A DNA stretch of 63,520 bases, the filler included. It is 5 parts of 5 records of this genome, joined end to end, with 100 filler letters (N's around TTAATTAATTAA, not from the genome) between each part and the next. Parts side by side here need not be neighbours in the genome. Positions count along the whole stretch, not along the records: positions 16,393 to 36,217 come from SRR31156797_12734; 4 more parts are not named here. One strand, 5' to 3'. Below are positions 16,393-26,700 of this stretch, in pieces. The position numbers and the translations under genes were made by a program. A model generated the notes under the pieces. It made no database searches, was not told the origin of the DNA, and saw nothing but the letters and a program-made list of their open reading frames with translations. The stretch's first letter is position 1. Each line of letters opens with the position of its first letter.

Positions 16393-16731
16393 TTCGCCGC
16401 AGGCCGGAAACTGAACAACCTGATGGTAATAGTGGATTTTAATAAATGGCAGGCCACGGGGCGGAGTTGTGAAATCACGGCCCTGGAATCACTGTCCGAA
16501 AAGTGGAAAGCTTTCGGGTGGCAGGCCTATGAAACCGATGGCCACAATATGGGAGAACTGTTGGAAGTCCTGTCTAAATTTCCCGATGAATCCGGTCGGC
16601 CGGTTGCAATTGTCGCCCACACCATAAAGGGTAAGGGCGCTTCGTTTATGGAAGATGACAACAACTGGCACTACCGCATCCCTGACAGCGCGGAAGTGCT
16701 CAGGGCAAAGGAAGAATTGGGTCTGCTATGA
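16393..16731 (+). CDS. Transketolase N-terminal (TPP-binding) subunit, 5'-truncated
   Basis: VIVDFNKWQA, AFGW, DGHN, AHTIKGKG and WHY motifs. Confidence 0.88.
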   Translation, partial: FAAGRKLNNLMVIVDFNKWQATGRSCEITALESLSEKWKAFGWQAYETDGHNMGELLEVLSKFPDESGRPVAIVAHTIKGKGASFMEDDNNWHYRIPDSAEVLRAKEELGLL

Positions 16732-17723
16732 GAAACGCTTTTGCATCCGAAGTAACCAATTTGGCCGGCCTTCACGACAACCTGGTGCTGCTGGCCGGAG
16801 ATATCGGCAACAGGCTTTTTAACGGATTCAAGGATTTATACCCGGACAGGTTTTTCAATTGCGGCGTGGCCGAAGGATCCATGACCGGCGTGGCCGCGGG
16901 AATGGCCATGTGCGGTCTCAGACCGGTGACTTACACCATAACCCCATTCAATACATACCGGTGTCTCGAACAGATCAGGGTGGACCTTTGCTATCACAAC
17001 CTGCCCGTGGTTATTATCGGCACGGGATCCGGACTTTCATACGCCGGCCTCGGCGCCACTCACCATTCCTGCGAGGATATCGCCATGATGAGAGTGCTGC
17101 CCAATATGACGGTTGTGTGCCCCGGGGATTCGGTGGAAGTCAGGCTCGCCCTCCGGGCCGCCCTGTGCGCGGACGGGCCTGTGTACATCAGGTTGGGCAA
17201 GAAAAACGAGCCTGTCATCCATGAAACCGAGCCCGAATTTGAAATCGGGCGCGGAATAGAGATCATGGACGGAAATGAAGTCTGCATACTCAGCACCGGC
17301 AACATGCTGCCTGTTGCAGTGGATGTAGGAAATCAGCTTGAAAAAGCCGGCATCTCCTGCCGTGTTGTCAGCATGCACACTGTCAAGCCCCTGGATGTGG
17401 ACTATTTGGATGATGTGTTTTCCAGGTTCAGAATCGTGGCCGCATTGGAAGAACACAGCATCCTGGGCGGCTTTGGCGCCGCAATAGCCGAATGGCTGAC
17501 CGACCGGGAAGGCCTTGGCGCCCGTTTGCTGCGCTTCGGAACAACCGACCGGTTTCTTTCAGCACTGGGCGCCCAGGCGAATGCACGCGAGAAGATGAAT
17601 TTGACAGCAGATCATATTTCAAGCCGCATCCAGGAAGCCCTGGCCTTGCAGTTCCAGGAAACACTCGGTAAACCGACTGAATTAAACTTGATTGGAGAAT
17701 CGGGTTTTGCGAATTGGAGTTGA
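16728..17723 (+). CDS. Transketolase C-terminal (pyrimidine-binding) subunit
   Basis: FFNCGVAE, GATHHSCED, GPVYIRL and LEEH motifs. Confidence 0.9.
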   Translation: MRNAFASEVTNLAGLHDNLVLLAGDIGNRLFNGFKDLYPDRFFNCGVAEGSMTGVAAGMAMCGLRPVTYTITPFNTYRCLEQIRVDLCYHNLPVVIIGTGSGLSYAGLGATHHSCEDIAMMRVLPNMTVVCPGDSVEVRLALRAALCADGPVYIRLGKKNEPVIHETEPEFEIGRGIEIMDGNEVCILSTGNMLPVAVDVGNQLEKAGISCRVVSMHTVKPLDVDYLDDVFSRFRIVAALEEHSILGGFGAAIAEWLTDREGLGARLLRFGTTDRFLSALGAQANAREKMNLTADHISSRIQEALALQFQETLGKPTELNLIGESGFANWS

Positions 17724-18312
17724 TTTCGATAACACCATTGTCTGTTATGACAATGTATTTTACCAGGCCGCCCTGGAAAGAGGTGTAATCCCGCCCGAGA
17801 CGCCTCCGACCAAACTGGCGGTCAGGGAATATCTGCGCTCCATTGGATGTAATGACGTTTGGACCGAACTGCAGGGATATGTTTACGGCGCCCGCATGGA
17901 TGATGCTTCAGCCTTTGACGGCGTAAAGGATTTCATACATTTTTGTCAAAACAGCAACATTGATTTTTTCATTATCAGCCATAAAACAAGCTTGCCCGCC
18001 AGAGGGCCCCATTACGACTTGAGACGGGCCGCAAGAACGTGGCTGGTTAAAAACCTGCTTCCTGAAAATCTCATCCGGGAAAAGGTCTTTTTCGAATCCA
18101 CAAGAAAAGAAAAAATAGACAGAATAAAGAAATGCGGCTGCTCCCACTTCATCGACGATATGCCCGAAGTACTTGAAGATTCCGAATTCCCGGTTGATGT
18201 GGATCGCATCCTTTTCGATCCGCGGGGCTGTTATTGTCCTGAAAACGGCATCGCCCCGATTCGTTCCTGGGATTCCATAAAATCCTATTTTGAAATTGGA
18301 GCAAGGTCTTGA
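17692..18312 (+). CDS. HAD-superfamily hydrolase
   Basis: IGVDFDNTI motif I; FIDD motif IV. Confidence 0.8.
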   Translation: MENRVLRIGVDFDNTIVCYDNVFYQAALERGVIPPETPPTKLAVREYLRSIGCNDVWTELQGYVYGARMDDASAFDGVKDFIHFCQNSNIDFFIISHKTSLPARGPHYDLRRAARTWLVKNLLPENLIREKVFFESTRKEKIDRIKKCGCSHFIDDMPEVLEDSEFPVDVDRILFDPRGCYCPENGIAPIRSWDSIKSYFEIGARS

Positions 18313-19373
18313 ACCCCTTGGCAAAAATCCCGGCTGCCGCTGAAAGGCTGCTTAACCGGCTCGGGCGACGAGCCCTAAGCGGAGTCTGCATGAACGGAGG
18401 CGGCAACAACAGGGTATTCAGAATCAACACTGATAAAGGGCCTTTGCTTTTAAAGGAATATTTTAGAAATCCCGCCGACCCCAGGGATCGCCTGGGTACG
18501 GAGTTTGGATTCATATCTTTTGCCATGGAAACCGGATTGGAATCAACTCCGCGTCCTTACGCCCTGGATGAGGAAAATGGTCTGGCAGTTTATGAATTCA
18601 TGGAAGGCCGCCGGGTGGATCCGGAAGATATTGATGAAACACTCATCGACCAGGTTCTGTTTTTCTATGCGGAAATAAACAATAGGCGAAGGCTCCCCGC
18701 GGCTTCCCGTCTGAAGCTTGCTTCGGAAGCCTGTTTTTCCCTTGCGGATCACAAGGAAAGCCTCACCCGCCGATTGGCCGTGTTGGAAAAGGTTGGTGAA
18801 GACTCTGAAGTCCATTCCCTGATGAAGGAATTCTTGTCCAATAAACTTTTACCGGCTGCCAATAAGGCCCTGTCTTTGGCGGATGATGAATTCATGCGCC
18901 TCGGATTGGGCAGGGACTGGAAGCTCGGTCCGCAGGACGCGCGTATTTCGCCTTCGGATTTCGGCTTCCATAATGCGGTTCTGGATAAGGATAACAAACT
19001 CCGATTTTTCGATTTTGAATATGCCGGGTGGGACGACCCGGTAAAAATGATATGCGATTTTTTCTGTCAACCCTCGGTTCCGGTTCCAACAGGATTCTTT
19101 GATTATTTTGTTGACGCGGTTGTTTCGGATCTTAGCGATCCCGAACTTCACCGACGCCGGGTCCGGCTGCTGTATCCCATACACCGCCTGAAATGGTGTT
19201 GCCTGGTATTGAATGAATTCCTCAAGACGGAACAGGAAAGAAGGCGATTCGCCGGTGTACCCGTTAACCGGGTAAAATTGGCCGGCCAACTGGATCTTTC
19301 CGCCAAAATATTAAATATGCACATGGAAAACCATGGATTTGCCGACTCAAATTCTATGAGGCCTTTAGCATGA
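18309..19373 (+). CDS. APH/choline-kinase-like phosphotransferase
   Basis: GGGNNRVF, LLK, SPSDFGFHN and FFDFEYAGWDDP motifs. Confidence 0.82.
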   Translation: MNPLAKIPAAAERLLNRLGRRALSGVCMNGGGNNRVFRINTDKGPLLLKEYFRNPADPRDRLGTEFGFISFAMETGLESTPRPYALDEENGLAVYEFMEGRRVDPEDIDETLIDQVLFFYAEINNRRRLPAASRLKLASEACFSLADHKESLTRRLAVLEKVGEDSEVHSLMKEFLSNKLLPAANKALSLADDEFMRLGLGRDWKLGPQDARISPSDFGFHNAVLDKDNKLRFFDFEYAGWDDPVKMICDFFCQPSVPVPTGFFDYFVDAVVSDLSDPELHRRRVRLLYPIHRLKWCCLVLNEFLKTEQERRRFAGVPVNRVKLAGQLDLSAKILNMHMENHGFADSNSMRPLA

Positions 19374-20245
19374 TGTCTTCACAAATTTTAAATCTGCTGA
19401 TTTCAGCCCTTCCGGACGCTGTTGGTTTTCATGATCCGGGCTGCCGCATGTTCGAGTTCATGAAGGAAACGGCTCATAAGGAAGTCAAACAGCTTTTCGC
19501 TGATGAAAAAGGAATTCCCGTCGATTTGGCGCCTTTTGGAGAAATTACTGTTCCATATCACAAAATGGGCGCGGTCGATTCTCTGGACCTTTTCCATCTG
19601 CACGAACTGATTATTTTTTCATTTTATTGGCTTAATCGCAGCACTTATAGACACATCCTGGATCTGGGCGCCAATATCGGCTTGCACTCGATAATACTCT
19701 CCAAATGCGGTTTTGAAGTGAAGGCGTTTGAGCCCGATCCGGTTCATTTCGACATCCTGACAAGAAATCTTGACATGAATTCATGCACGGGTGTTGAAGC
19801 CGTTAAAGCGGCCGTGAGCATCGAGGCCGGAACAAGCGAGTTCATAAGGGTTAATGGAAACACCACTTCAAGCCACCTCGCCGGATCAAAAAAGAATCCA
19901 TATGGGCCGCTGGAAAAATTCCCTGTAGAGACCGTGGCTGTCGCTCCTCTGCTGCAATGGGCCGACCTGGTTAAAATGGATATAGAAGGGCAGGAAGATG
20001 AAATACTCCTGAGCACAAGCTATGAAGATTGGGAAAACCTGGACGCCCTTGTTGAAATCTCTGACGAAGAAAAAGCCGAGGCCATTTACAGCCATTTTAA
20101 AAAACTGGGGGTTAACCTTTTTCCGCAATCCAGGTGTTGGCAAAAAGCTGAAAGTGTAAAAGATATTCCGTGCCATTTTCGCGACGGCATGCTCTTTATC
20201 AGCACAAGGGAAAAAATGAACTGGCCTGCATCGGGTGGAGAATGA
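19370..20245 (+). CDS. FkbM-family methyltransferase
   Basis: LDLGANIG, AFEPDP and KMDIEGQE motifs. Confidence 0.9.
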   Translation: MMSSQILNLLISALPDAVGFHDPGCRMFEFMKETAHKEVKQLFADEKGIPVDLAPFGEITVPYHKMGAVDSLDLFHLHELIIFSFYWLNRSTYRHILDLGANIGLHSIILSKCGFEVKAFEPDPVHFDILTRNLDMNSCTGVEAVKAAVSIEAGTSEFIRVNGNTTSSHLAGSKKNPYGPLEKFPVETVAVAPLLQWADLVKMDIEGQEDEILLSTSYEDWENLDALVEISDEEKAEAIYSHFKKLGVNLFPQSRCWQKAESVKDIPCHFRDGMLFISTREKMNWPASGGE

Positions 20246-21834
20246 AAATGAATAAAATACTGCTGATAAACCCGCCCGGGCGCTGCCTGATTGCGCCGGA
20301 CGGCGCCATTGCCGAACGAAAACACTGCTCGCCGCCCCTCGGCCTGGCTTACCTGGCTGCCGGCCTGCTAAAAAATGGATATAATGTTGAAATATTGGAC
20401 ATGCTGGCCGAAGGTTACGAACAGGAGCGATATACCGAACAGTTTGTCTATTATGGTTCGTCAACTTCCCGGGCCCTTGAAAGAATTCATCAGGCCGACC
20501 CCGACTTGATAGGCATTAGCGTTCTTTTTTCAAATATCGCCCGGGAATGCCTTAACCTGGCCGCTCTGATCAAGGAAAATTTCCCCGATAAATATATCCT
20601 TTTCGGCGGGCATCACCCTTCTTCCATTCCCTTGCGCACCATGGAAAATCCCGCTGTCGACTTTGTTTTGACCGGTGAGGCCGATGATACCGTGGCCCAA
20701 CTGTGCGACTGCCTGAACGGCCGGTTCGATCTGGACAGTGTAAAAGGCCTGTTTTATCGGAAAAACGGAAAAATAGTCGATACCATGTCCTCGGTTCCTC
20801 CTGTTGTGCAGGGCCGGGATTTCAAATATTACAGGGCGGCAGAAGGGCCTAACCCCGGCAAGCTTGACGCCCTGCCATACCCGGCCTGGGATCTTTTTCC
20901 CATGGAAAAATATTTCAGCGCGGAAGTGCGCCAGGGCGGGACCGATGTTCGTCGCGAAAGATATGCGGTCATGGTTTCCACCAGGGGATGCGCTCATTCC
21001 TGCTACTACTGTACATCTCCGCTCATGGGAGGGTACAAGGGCTTTCGGCGTCGGACCGTTGATTGCGTTATAGATGAGATAAAATGGCTGCGCCGTAAAT
21101 ATGGCGTCGAAGAAATTCAGTTTCTTGACGACAATTTCTTTATTTCCAAGTCGCATGCTAAAAAACTCTGCCGCGCCCTGGCCCGGGAATTCCCCGACAT
21201 GCTGTTCAGCGTCCCCAGCGGGGCGGAAGTGAATATGCTCGATGAAGAAATAATAGATCTATTGGCCGAGGCCAATTTCTATCACATGACCCTGGCCCTT
21301 GAATCGGGCAACCAGGAAATCCAGGATAACCTGATTAACAAAAGAGTCGACCTAAGCCGCGCCCCGGAAGTCATTGCCCGTCTCAAAAAGGTAGGTATGG
21401 AAGTCAGGGGCTTCCTGATGATCGGTTTTCCCGGCGAAACCAGGGAATCAATTCTGCATACGGCCGATTACGCCCTGTCTCTTGACCTGGACGGGTTTGC
21501 ATTGTCCATAGTAACCCCGCTGCCCGGAACGCCGCTTTACGACGAGTGTGTTGAAAACAACCTTCTTTATGAAGAGTTTGAGCCCGATGACATCCGGTAT
21601 TCCATCTCGGCTATAAAGAATGAATTCATGGACGCCCGGGAGATTGAACAGGTCAGGCGTCAAACATGGCTCGAGCATCAGAAGCTCAAAGAGAGGAATT
21701 CCGCCGGAGAAACAAAACGACATTACCGGGATGCGGGCGACTACGCCCTGGCCGGTTTTAGTGAAAAAGAACCCATCGGCGGGGTCTTTGACTCAAGCAA
21801 CGACCAGGGCGGGGTATTTGTGGATACCCTGTAA
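20242..21834 (+). CDS. Cobalamin-binding (class B) radical SAM protein
   Basis: PPLGLAYLAA, GGHHPS, TRGCAHSCYYC and IGFPGET motifs; ATGA overlap with the FkbM gene. Confidence 0.9.
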   Translation: MKMNKILLINPPGRCLIAPDGAIAERKHCSPPLGLAYLAAGLLKNGYNVEILDMLAEGYEQERYTEQFVYYGSSTSRALERIHQADPDLIGISVLFSNIARECLNLAALIKENFPDKYILFGGHHPSSIPLRTMENPAVDFVLTGEADDTVAQLCDCLNGRFDLDSVKGLFYRKNGKIVDTMSSVPPVVQGRDFKYYRAAEGPNPGKLDALPYPAWDLFPMEKYFSAEVRQGGTDVRRERYAVMVSTRGCAHSCYYCTSPLMGGYKGFRRRTVDCVIDEIKWLRRKYGVEEIQFLDDNFFISKSHAKKLCRALAREFPDMLFSVPSGAEVNMLDEEIIDLLAEANFYHMTLALESGNQEIQDNLINKRVDLSRAPEVIARLKKVGMEVRGFLMIGFPGETRESILHTADYALSLDLDGFALSIVTPLPGTPLYDECVENNLLYEEFEPDDIRYSISAIKNEFMDAREIEQVRRQTWLEHQKLKERNSAGETKRHYRDAGDYALAGFSEKEPIGGVFDSSNDQGGVFVDTL

Positions 21835-21862
21835 TTATATGGAAGGATTTAAGTGATTGCAG

Positions 21863-21887
21863 GTTGGGTTAGCGCAGCGCAACCAAC
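21863..21887. repeat. REP-like intergenic palindrome
   Basis: GTTGGGTT-AGCGCAGCGC-AACCAAC; only one copy in the window. Confidence 0.35.
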
Positions 21888-21950
21888 AATTCCCTGCTAA
21901 ATTATAACCCGAACCGCAACAATCGATTGCGATTTGGGGCGAGGAATATC

Positions 21951-23036
21951 ATGACTGACAAATACCGAATGGATAGCCATAAACTTTACTGGCACCTGGA
22001 CCGTGTCGACCAATGGCAAAAGGGCGAGCGAATAGCGCCTCTGCACCTGGACATGGGTATAAGCCGCGGCTGCAATATGGCCTGCACCTACTGCTATGGC
22101 ATACTCCAGGGGAGAACAGGGTACGGCGCCGACAGCAAGGATGTATTCAACATGCCGGCTGAAGCTGTAAAGCGCACTTTTTCCGATGCCAAACAAATCG
22201 GAGTCCGGTCTATCGCCTTAATCGGCGAGGGTGAAAACACATTGAATCCAGCCCTGTATGACAGCGTGGAATATGCGGATTCCATCGGTTTGGATCTCGG
22301 CCTGGCCACGAATGGCGTCAAAATAAACCATGATCGCCTGGAAGGCCTGTTAAACGGTTTAACCTGGTTGCGCGTCAATATAAGCGCCGGCGAAAAAGAC
22401 GCCTACAAAAGAGTTCACCAGGTGGACGCCCTGGAAAGGGTCGCAAAAAACGTTGAAGCAATCGTCGCGGCCAATAACAAATACGGAACAAATTGCACGA
22501 TCGGCTTACAAATGGTCATGACCAAGGATAACTTCGACCAGGTTATTCCCCTGGCAAAACTCGGCCGGGAAACCGGAGTTGACTATTTTGTCGTCAAACC
22601 CTGCTCCGATACCAGCGACCGCCTGCTTGACTCCCCCACGGATGAATACGGCGAAAACATGGATATATTTGAAAAGGCCAGAACATACGGCACAGATACA
22701 TACTCGGTTGTCCCTAAAATCGCCAAGCTGTCCAATAACGGCCATAAGGATTACTCTGTCTGCCACGGCACAAAATTTCTACTGGCAGTCAGCGCCAATG
22801 GGGACGTTTTTCCCTGCGGCCATTGGTTCAACTTCCATCAGGATGACTATCGAATGGGAAATGTCATCGAAACGCCGTTTGCGGATATCGTAAGCAGCGA
22901 GCGTTATTGGGAAGTGCAGGACAGGGTGATGAGAGTGAATGTAAACAGGGATTGCGAAACAAATTGCCGCCAGCACTATATAAACCAGTTCCTGTATAAT
23001 CTGGCCTCGCCGCCGGATCACGTTAATTTTATTTAA
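21951..23036 (+). CDS. Radical SAM protein with SPASM/twitch domain
   Basis: GCNMACTYC; C-terminal C...GDVFPC...GN...CETNC; RBS GAGG. Confidence 0.88.
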   Translation: MTDKYRMDSHKLYWHLDRVDQWQKGERIAPLHLDMGISRGCNMACTYCYGILQGRTGYGADSKDVFNMPAEAVKRTFSDAKQIGVRSIALIGEGENTLNPALYDSVEYADSIGLDLGLATNGVKINHDRLEGLLNGLTWLRVNISAGEKDAYKRVHQVDALERVAKNVEAIVAANNKYGTNCTIGLQMVMTKDNFDQVIPLAKLGRETGVDYFVVKPCSDTSDRLLDSPTDEYGENMDIFEKARTYGTDTYSVVPKIAKLSNNGHKDYSVCHGTKFLLAVSANGDVFPCGHWFNFHQDDYRMGNVIETPFADIVSSERYWEVQDRVMRVNVNRDCETNCRQHYINQFLYNLASPPDHVNFI

Positions 23037-23072
23037 GGATCACAGGACTGAATCGGGAAGGAGATAAGCCGT

Positions 23073-24269
23073 ATGCCCGACGAACTGTTAATAAAAAGGG
23101 ATTCTCAATGCGCTGTTTGCGGCGCTGAAATGGAATGCTCCTTTGAACTGCCGAACCTGCCGTTAACCGGCATCTTTGTTGATGAAGTCGAACCCGGCTT
23201 GGCCAACGGCCACGATCAAAGCCTCCTGGTCTGCGGGCAATGCGGGCACGCGCAACTGGAATATATTCTTTCTCCGGGTTTCTTATACGGCGATCACTAT
23301 GCTCACCGGTCGTCGGCCAGCCACCTGACGCCTTCTTCAACCGATTTTATCATGAGTTACATCGGCAGTCTGTGCAACGGTAGAAAATTCGGTTCCGCCC
23401 TGGAAATAGGGTGTAACGATCTTGTTCTCCTGCACAAGCTGGCCCCGATCGCGGGCTTGGTTGTGGGCGTCGATCCGCTCTGGATCGGAAAAACTCCGGA
23501 AGACACGGCCGCAAACATGACCGTTATAGGCGATTTTGTTGAAAACGTGGATTTAAACCAGGTTTTTGATAGCAAGCCCGACCTGGTCGTGTCCACCCAC
23601 AATCTGGAACATATTATCTCTCCCGGGGACTTGCTGGTAAAACTGCTGGCATCCGCAGCTGATGACGCCGTATTGGTCATGGAAGTTCCGGATTTGGATT
23701 GCATGATTCACAACTTGAGGTTCGATCAGGTTTTTCACCAGCATATCCATTATTTCAACCTGGCTTCCATGTTACGTCTTCTGGATGAAGCCGGGGCCTG
23801 TTATGTTGATCACACCTACAATTGGCGCAATTGGGGCGGTTCCCTGACCGTGGCTTTCAGCAAGGATAAGAGCAAGGCCTCGGCCAGGCCCGAGGACCTG
23901 AAAGTATGGAGTGCGGATGAGATATATAAAAAATATATGAAATTCCGCCGGCACATGCAGGAATATTCAAGCATGATACAAGAAATTCCCGGAGAAAAAT
24001 GGGCTTATGGCGCCGCCCAGATGCTTCCGGTTCTGGCTTATCACCTGGAAACGGATTTCTCCTTTCTCCAGGGAATCATGGATGATTGCCCGAAAAGAAC
24101 CGGGTTAACATATCCGACAATAAAGGCGCGCATTTTCAAACCTGATGAAACGACCAGGCTTGATCACGCCTCGGTGATTGTAACCGCCCTGGATGCGGTC
24201 CGGCCGATCATGAATCGTCTCAGGGATTTTAATCCTCGATTCGTAACGACTCCCGCCCTGGTCTATTGA
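23073..24269 (+). CDS. NDP-sugar C-methyltransferase-like protein
   Basis: N-terminal CAVC/CGQC zinc site; LEIGCND, HNLEHI, FDQVFHQHIHYF and AYGAA motifs. Confidence 0.8.
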   Translation: MPDELLIKRDSQCAVCGAEMECSFELPNLPLTGIFVDEVEPGLANGHDQSLLVCGQCGHAQLEYILSPGFLYGDHYAHRSSASHLTPSSTDFIMSYIGSLCNGRKFGSALEIGCNDLVLLHKLAPIAGLVVGVDPLWIGKTPEDTAANMTVIGDFVENVDLNQVFDSKPDLVVSTHNLEHIISPGDLLVKLLASAADDAVLVMEVPDLDCMIHNLRFDQVFHQHIHYFNLASMLRLLDEAGACYVDHTYNWRNWGGSLTVAFSKDKSKASARPEDLKVWSADEIYKKYMKFRRHMQEYSSMIQEIPGEKWAYGAAQMLPVLAYHLETDFSFLQGIMDDCPKRTGLTYPTIKARIFKPDETTRLDHASVIVTALDAVRPIMNRLRDFNPRFVTTPALVY

Positions 24270-24302
24270 GAGCCGGACTCGAAAAGCGGAGAACCGTGAA
24301 AT

Positions 24303-25445
24303 ATGGCTAATCAATTTGAAGCGGTCTACCTGCTGCTTAACCCCGAAAGAATCGGACACCTTCTCATGGAGCCGTTTGAAGTAATGAACGGCGCTTTGGG
24401 GATAGAACCCGATAAAATTATGATTTTTTACCCTCCGGACCGGCCGATATCCAACGAAGCCGCCCTGAAAATTGTGTCCAGGCACGTAAATATCCAACCA
24501 TTTCAAGGCTTTTATAATGCCTGGAACGGTCAACCGGTCCTGGACGGCAATGGCCGGGAAATGAAGGTTTTAAGGCGTAAAAAATCCCATGAAAACACGG
24601 CCTCCTATTTCTCGGAAATAAGGGCGGGGCGGCGCGCGCCCAGGTTTTTTTCCCTTACTCCTGAAGAAGAAGCTTCAGGCGAGGAAATGAAGCGCCGCCT
24701 GCTCGGCATTACGCCAGGGGAGCGATTTGTCTGCCTGCACAACAGGGAAGGCGGGTATGTATCGCATTTGTCACGCTACTGGTCTTACCGCGACGCCCCC
24801 ATTGAAAGTTACATCCCGGCCATAGATTATCTTTTGGAAAAGGGTTTCCGGGTCGTCCGTATCGGCGACCAGACCATGACTCCTCTTCCTCAAAGGGATG
24901 GATTAATCGATCTGCCCTTCATGAACATAAAACACGGGCTCCTCGATATCTGGCTGCTCAACCATTGCGAATTTTTCCTCCTAAGCTCTTCCGGCCCGGC
25001 GCTTGTCCCTCTGGTTTTTAACGGCCCGCCCAGGCTGTGCGTCAATTTTATCACCGTCCCCATCGCTTCTTTAAATCCCGGGGATCGGTACATTCCAAAA
25101 TTTATGCGCGACTGGAAACGTTCGGGCAAGTTTGTGACTTATAACGAGGCCATGTACCTGGAAGACAAGCTTTTGGGCACGGCCGATTTTGAAAATGCAT
25201 CCGTGGAAGTCATTAGCAACTCGCCCGAAGATATACTCGAAGCCGTAATTGAAATGGTTGAAGACTTGGAAAACGGCCGTATTATCGACAAGACCGACCC
25301 TTTTCAAAAGAAATTCTTTGATATTGCCGCCAAATGGCACGAACTAAAACGGCTAAAAGGCGGCTTCGATCCCTGGCATCTATGGGGACCGCCCGTGGGA
25401 AACAGGTTTTTAAAAAAATATCCCGAGCTTTTGGAGGGATTTTAA
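24303..25445 (+). CDS. TIGR04372-like glycosyltransferase
   Basis: ERIGH, VCLHNRE...YRDA, GFRVVRIG, SSSGP and NSPEDI motifs. Confidence 0.75.
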   Translation: MANQFEAVYLLLNPERIGHLLMEPFEVMNGALGIEPDKIMIFYPPDRPISNEAALKIVSRHVNIQPFQGFYNAWNGQPVLDGNGREMKVLRRKKSHENTASYFSEIRAGRRAPRFFSLTPEEEASGEEMKRRLLGITPGERFVCLHNREGGYVSHLSRYWSYRDAPIESYIPAIDYLLEKGFRVVRIGDQTMTPLPQRDGLIDLPFMNIKHGLLDIWLLNHCEFFLLSSSGPALVPLVFNGPPRLCVNFITVPIASLNPGDRYIPKFMRDWKRSGKFVTYNEAMYLEDKLLGTADFENASVEVISNSPEDILEAVIEMVEDLENGRIIDKTDPFQKKFFDIAAKWHELKRLKGGFDPWHLWGPPVGNRFLKKYPELLEGF

Positions 25446-25446
25446 A

Positions 25447-26631
25447 ATGGAAGCCAATGCGGCAGCGGTTCCCGGAATGCAACCGGATTATAATCGCGAC
25501 GCCGACGAAAAAACAATCTTCTATATTGATAATCCCACTGATGTCGGGAGTTTGCTCGCCGAGCCATTTTGGGCTTTTAATTCTGGAATACTTGCCGATA
25601 AAAGCCGGGCGTCAATATGCATACCTTCGGAATATCAAGTTGATAATTCGGGGAGTGTTAACCGGGCCGCCTTCAGGATTCTTTCAAGATACTTCAGGAT
25701 CGAATTCGCCCGGCGTTACGACCGAAGACTCGACTTGCGGCTGACCAGCATACAGAATAAAAACGCTCGCATTCTAGGAGAACCCGGAAGCTGCCGCCGC
25801 CAGGTCATGGACCGCATTTCCCGTTATAATATCACGCCGGGATTTTTCTCTTTAACTCCGGAAGAAGAATCCGCAGGGCTTGAAATTCAAAAACAGCTTG
25901 GCATCCCTCCTGACGCCTCCTTTGTTTGTATTCATCACACTGATAGCAACCCTGCCTCCGGCAGCGCAATTGATTCCGTGAATCGCACTCCGGCGGCAAG
26001 CCTTTTGCCCGCGGTCGATTATTTGTTGGGACTTGGATACCATGTCGTCCGGACCGGGGAGGCGGGCGCCGCTCCCTTGCTGTCCCGCGCCGGTATTATC
26101 GACTTGCCTTTTGTTAACAGCCTGGATTCTCTGGCGCCGATCTGGTTCTGGACAAAATGTCGTTTTATGGTTTGCGATACTGCTTCAGTCCATTCCATAC
26201 CGCTTGTTTTTAACGGCCCTCCGCGCCTGTTAATTAATTGGACGGGCTCGCCGCCAATGTCCATCAATCCGGATGATCTATTCATACCCAATCATATCCG
26301 GGCGTCCAGGCAAGGAGGCAGGCTGGTTAATTTCAGCGAGAGAATGTTTTTTGGCGATGATTTGAAATCCGACGAGGATTACCATCGGGCCGGATTGGAA
26401 GTTGAGCCCGATTCGTGTGAAGACATTCTGGACGCTGTAATGGAAATGTTGAGAAAACTGGATAACGGAAGTTCGCCGGCCGACCTGTCAAATTTAAGAA
26501 AAAAGTATGATTCGATTGCCGGGAAATGGCATGAATTGAAATCGATTGCCGGCGGATTCGAGCCTTCATTCCAGCATGGAACTCGGCTTGCCGACAGTTT
26601 TTTAAGTAAATATCATAACGAATTGCTATAA
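25447..26631 (+). CDS. Second, degenerate TIGR04372-like glycosyltransferase paralog
   Basis: Shares FFSLTPEEE, DYLL.G..VVR.G, PLVFNGPPRL and KWHELK with the upstream gene. Confidence 0.7.
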   Translation: MEANAAAVPGMQPDYNRDADEKTIFYIDNPTDVGSLLAEPFWAFNSGILADKSRASICIPSEYQVDNSGSVNRAAFRILSRYFRIEFARRYDRRLDLRLTSIQNKNARILGEPGSCRRQVMDRISRYNITPGFFSLTPEEESAGLEIQKQLGIPPDASFVCIHHTDSNPASGSAIDSVNRTPAASLLPAVDYLLGLGYHVVRTGEAGAAPLLSRAGIIDLPFVNSLDSLAPIWFWTKCRFMVCDTASVHSIPLVFNGPPRLLINWTGSPPMSINPDDLFIPNHIRASRQGGRLVNFSERMFFGDDLKSDEDYHRAGLEVEPDSCEDILDAVMEMLRKLDNGSSPADLSNLRKKYDSIAGKWHELKSIAGGFEPSFQHGTRLADSFLSKYHNELL

Positions 26632-26700
26632 AACCGGACCCCTTCAAGGCATTTAAATTTGCGTACGCCTCTGAAGAGGCCCGGTTATGTATACCTTAGT

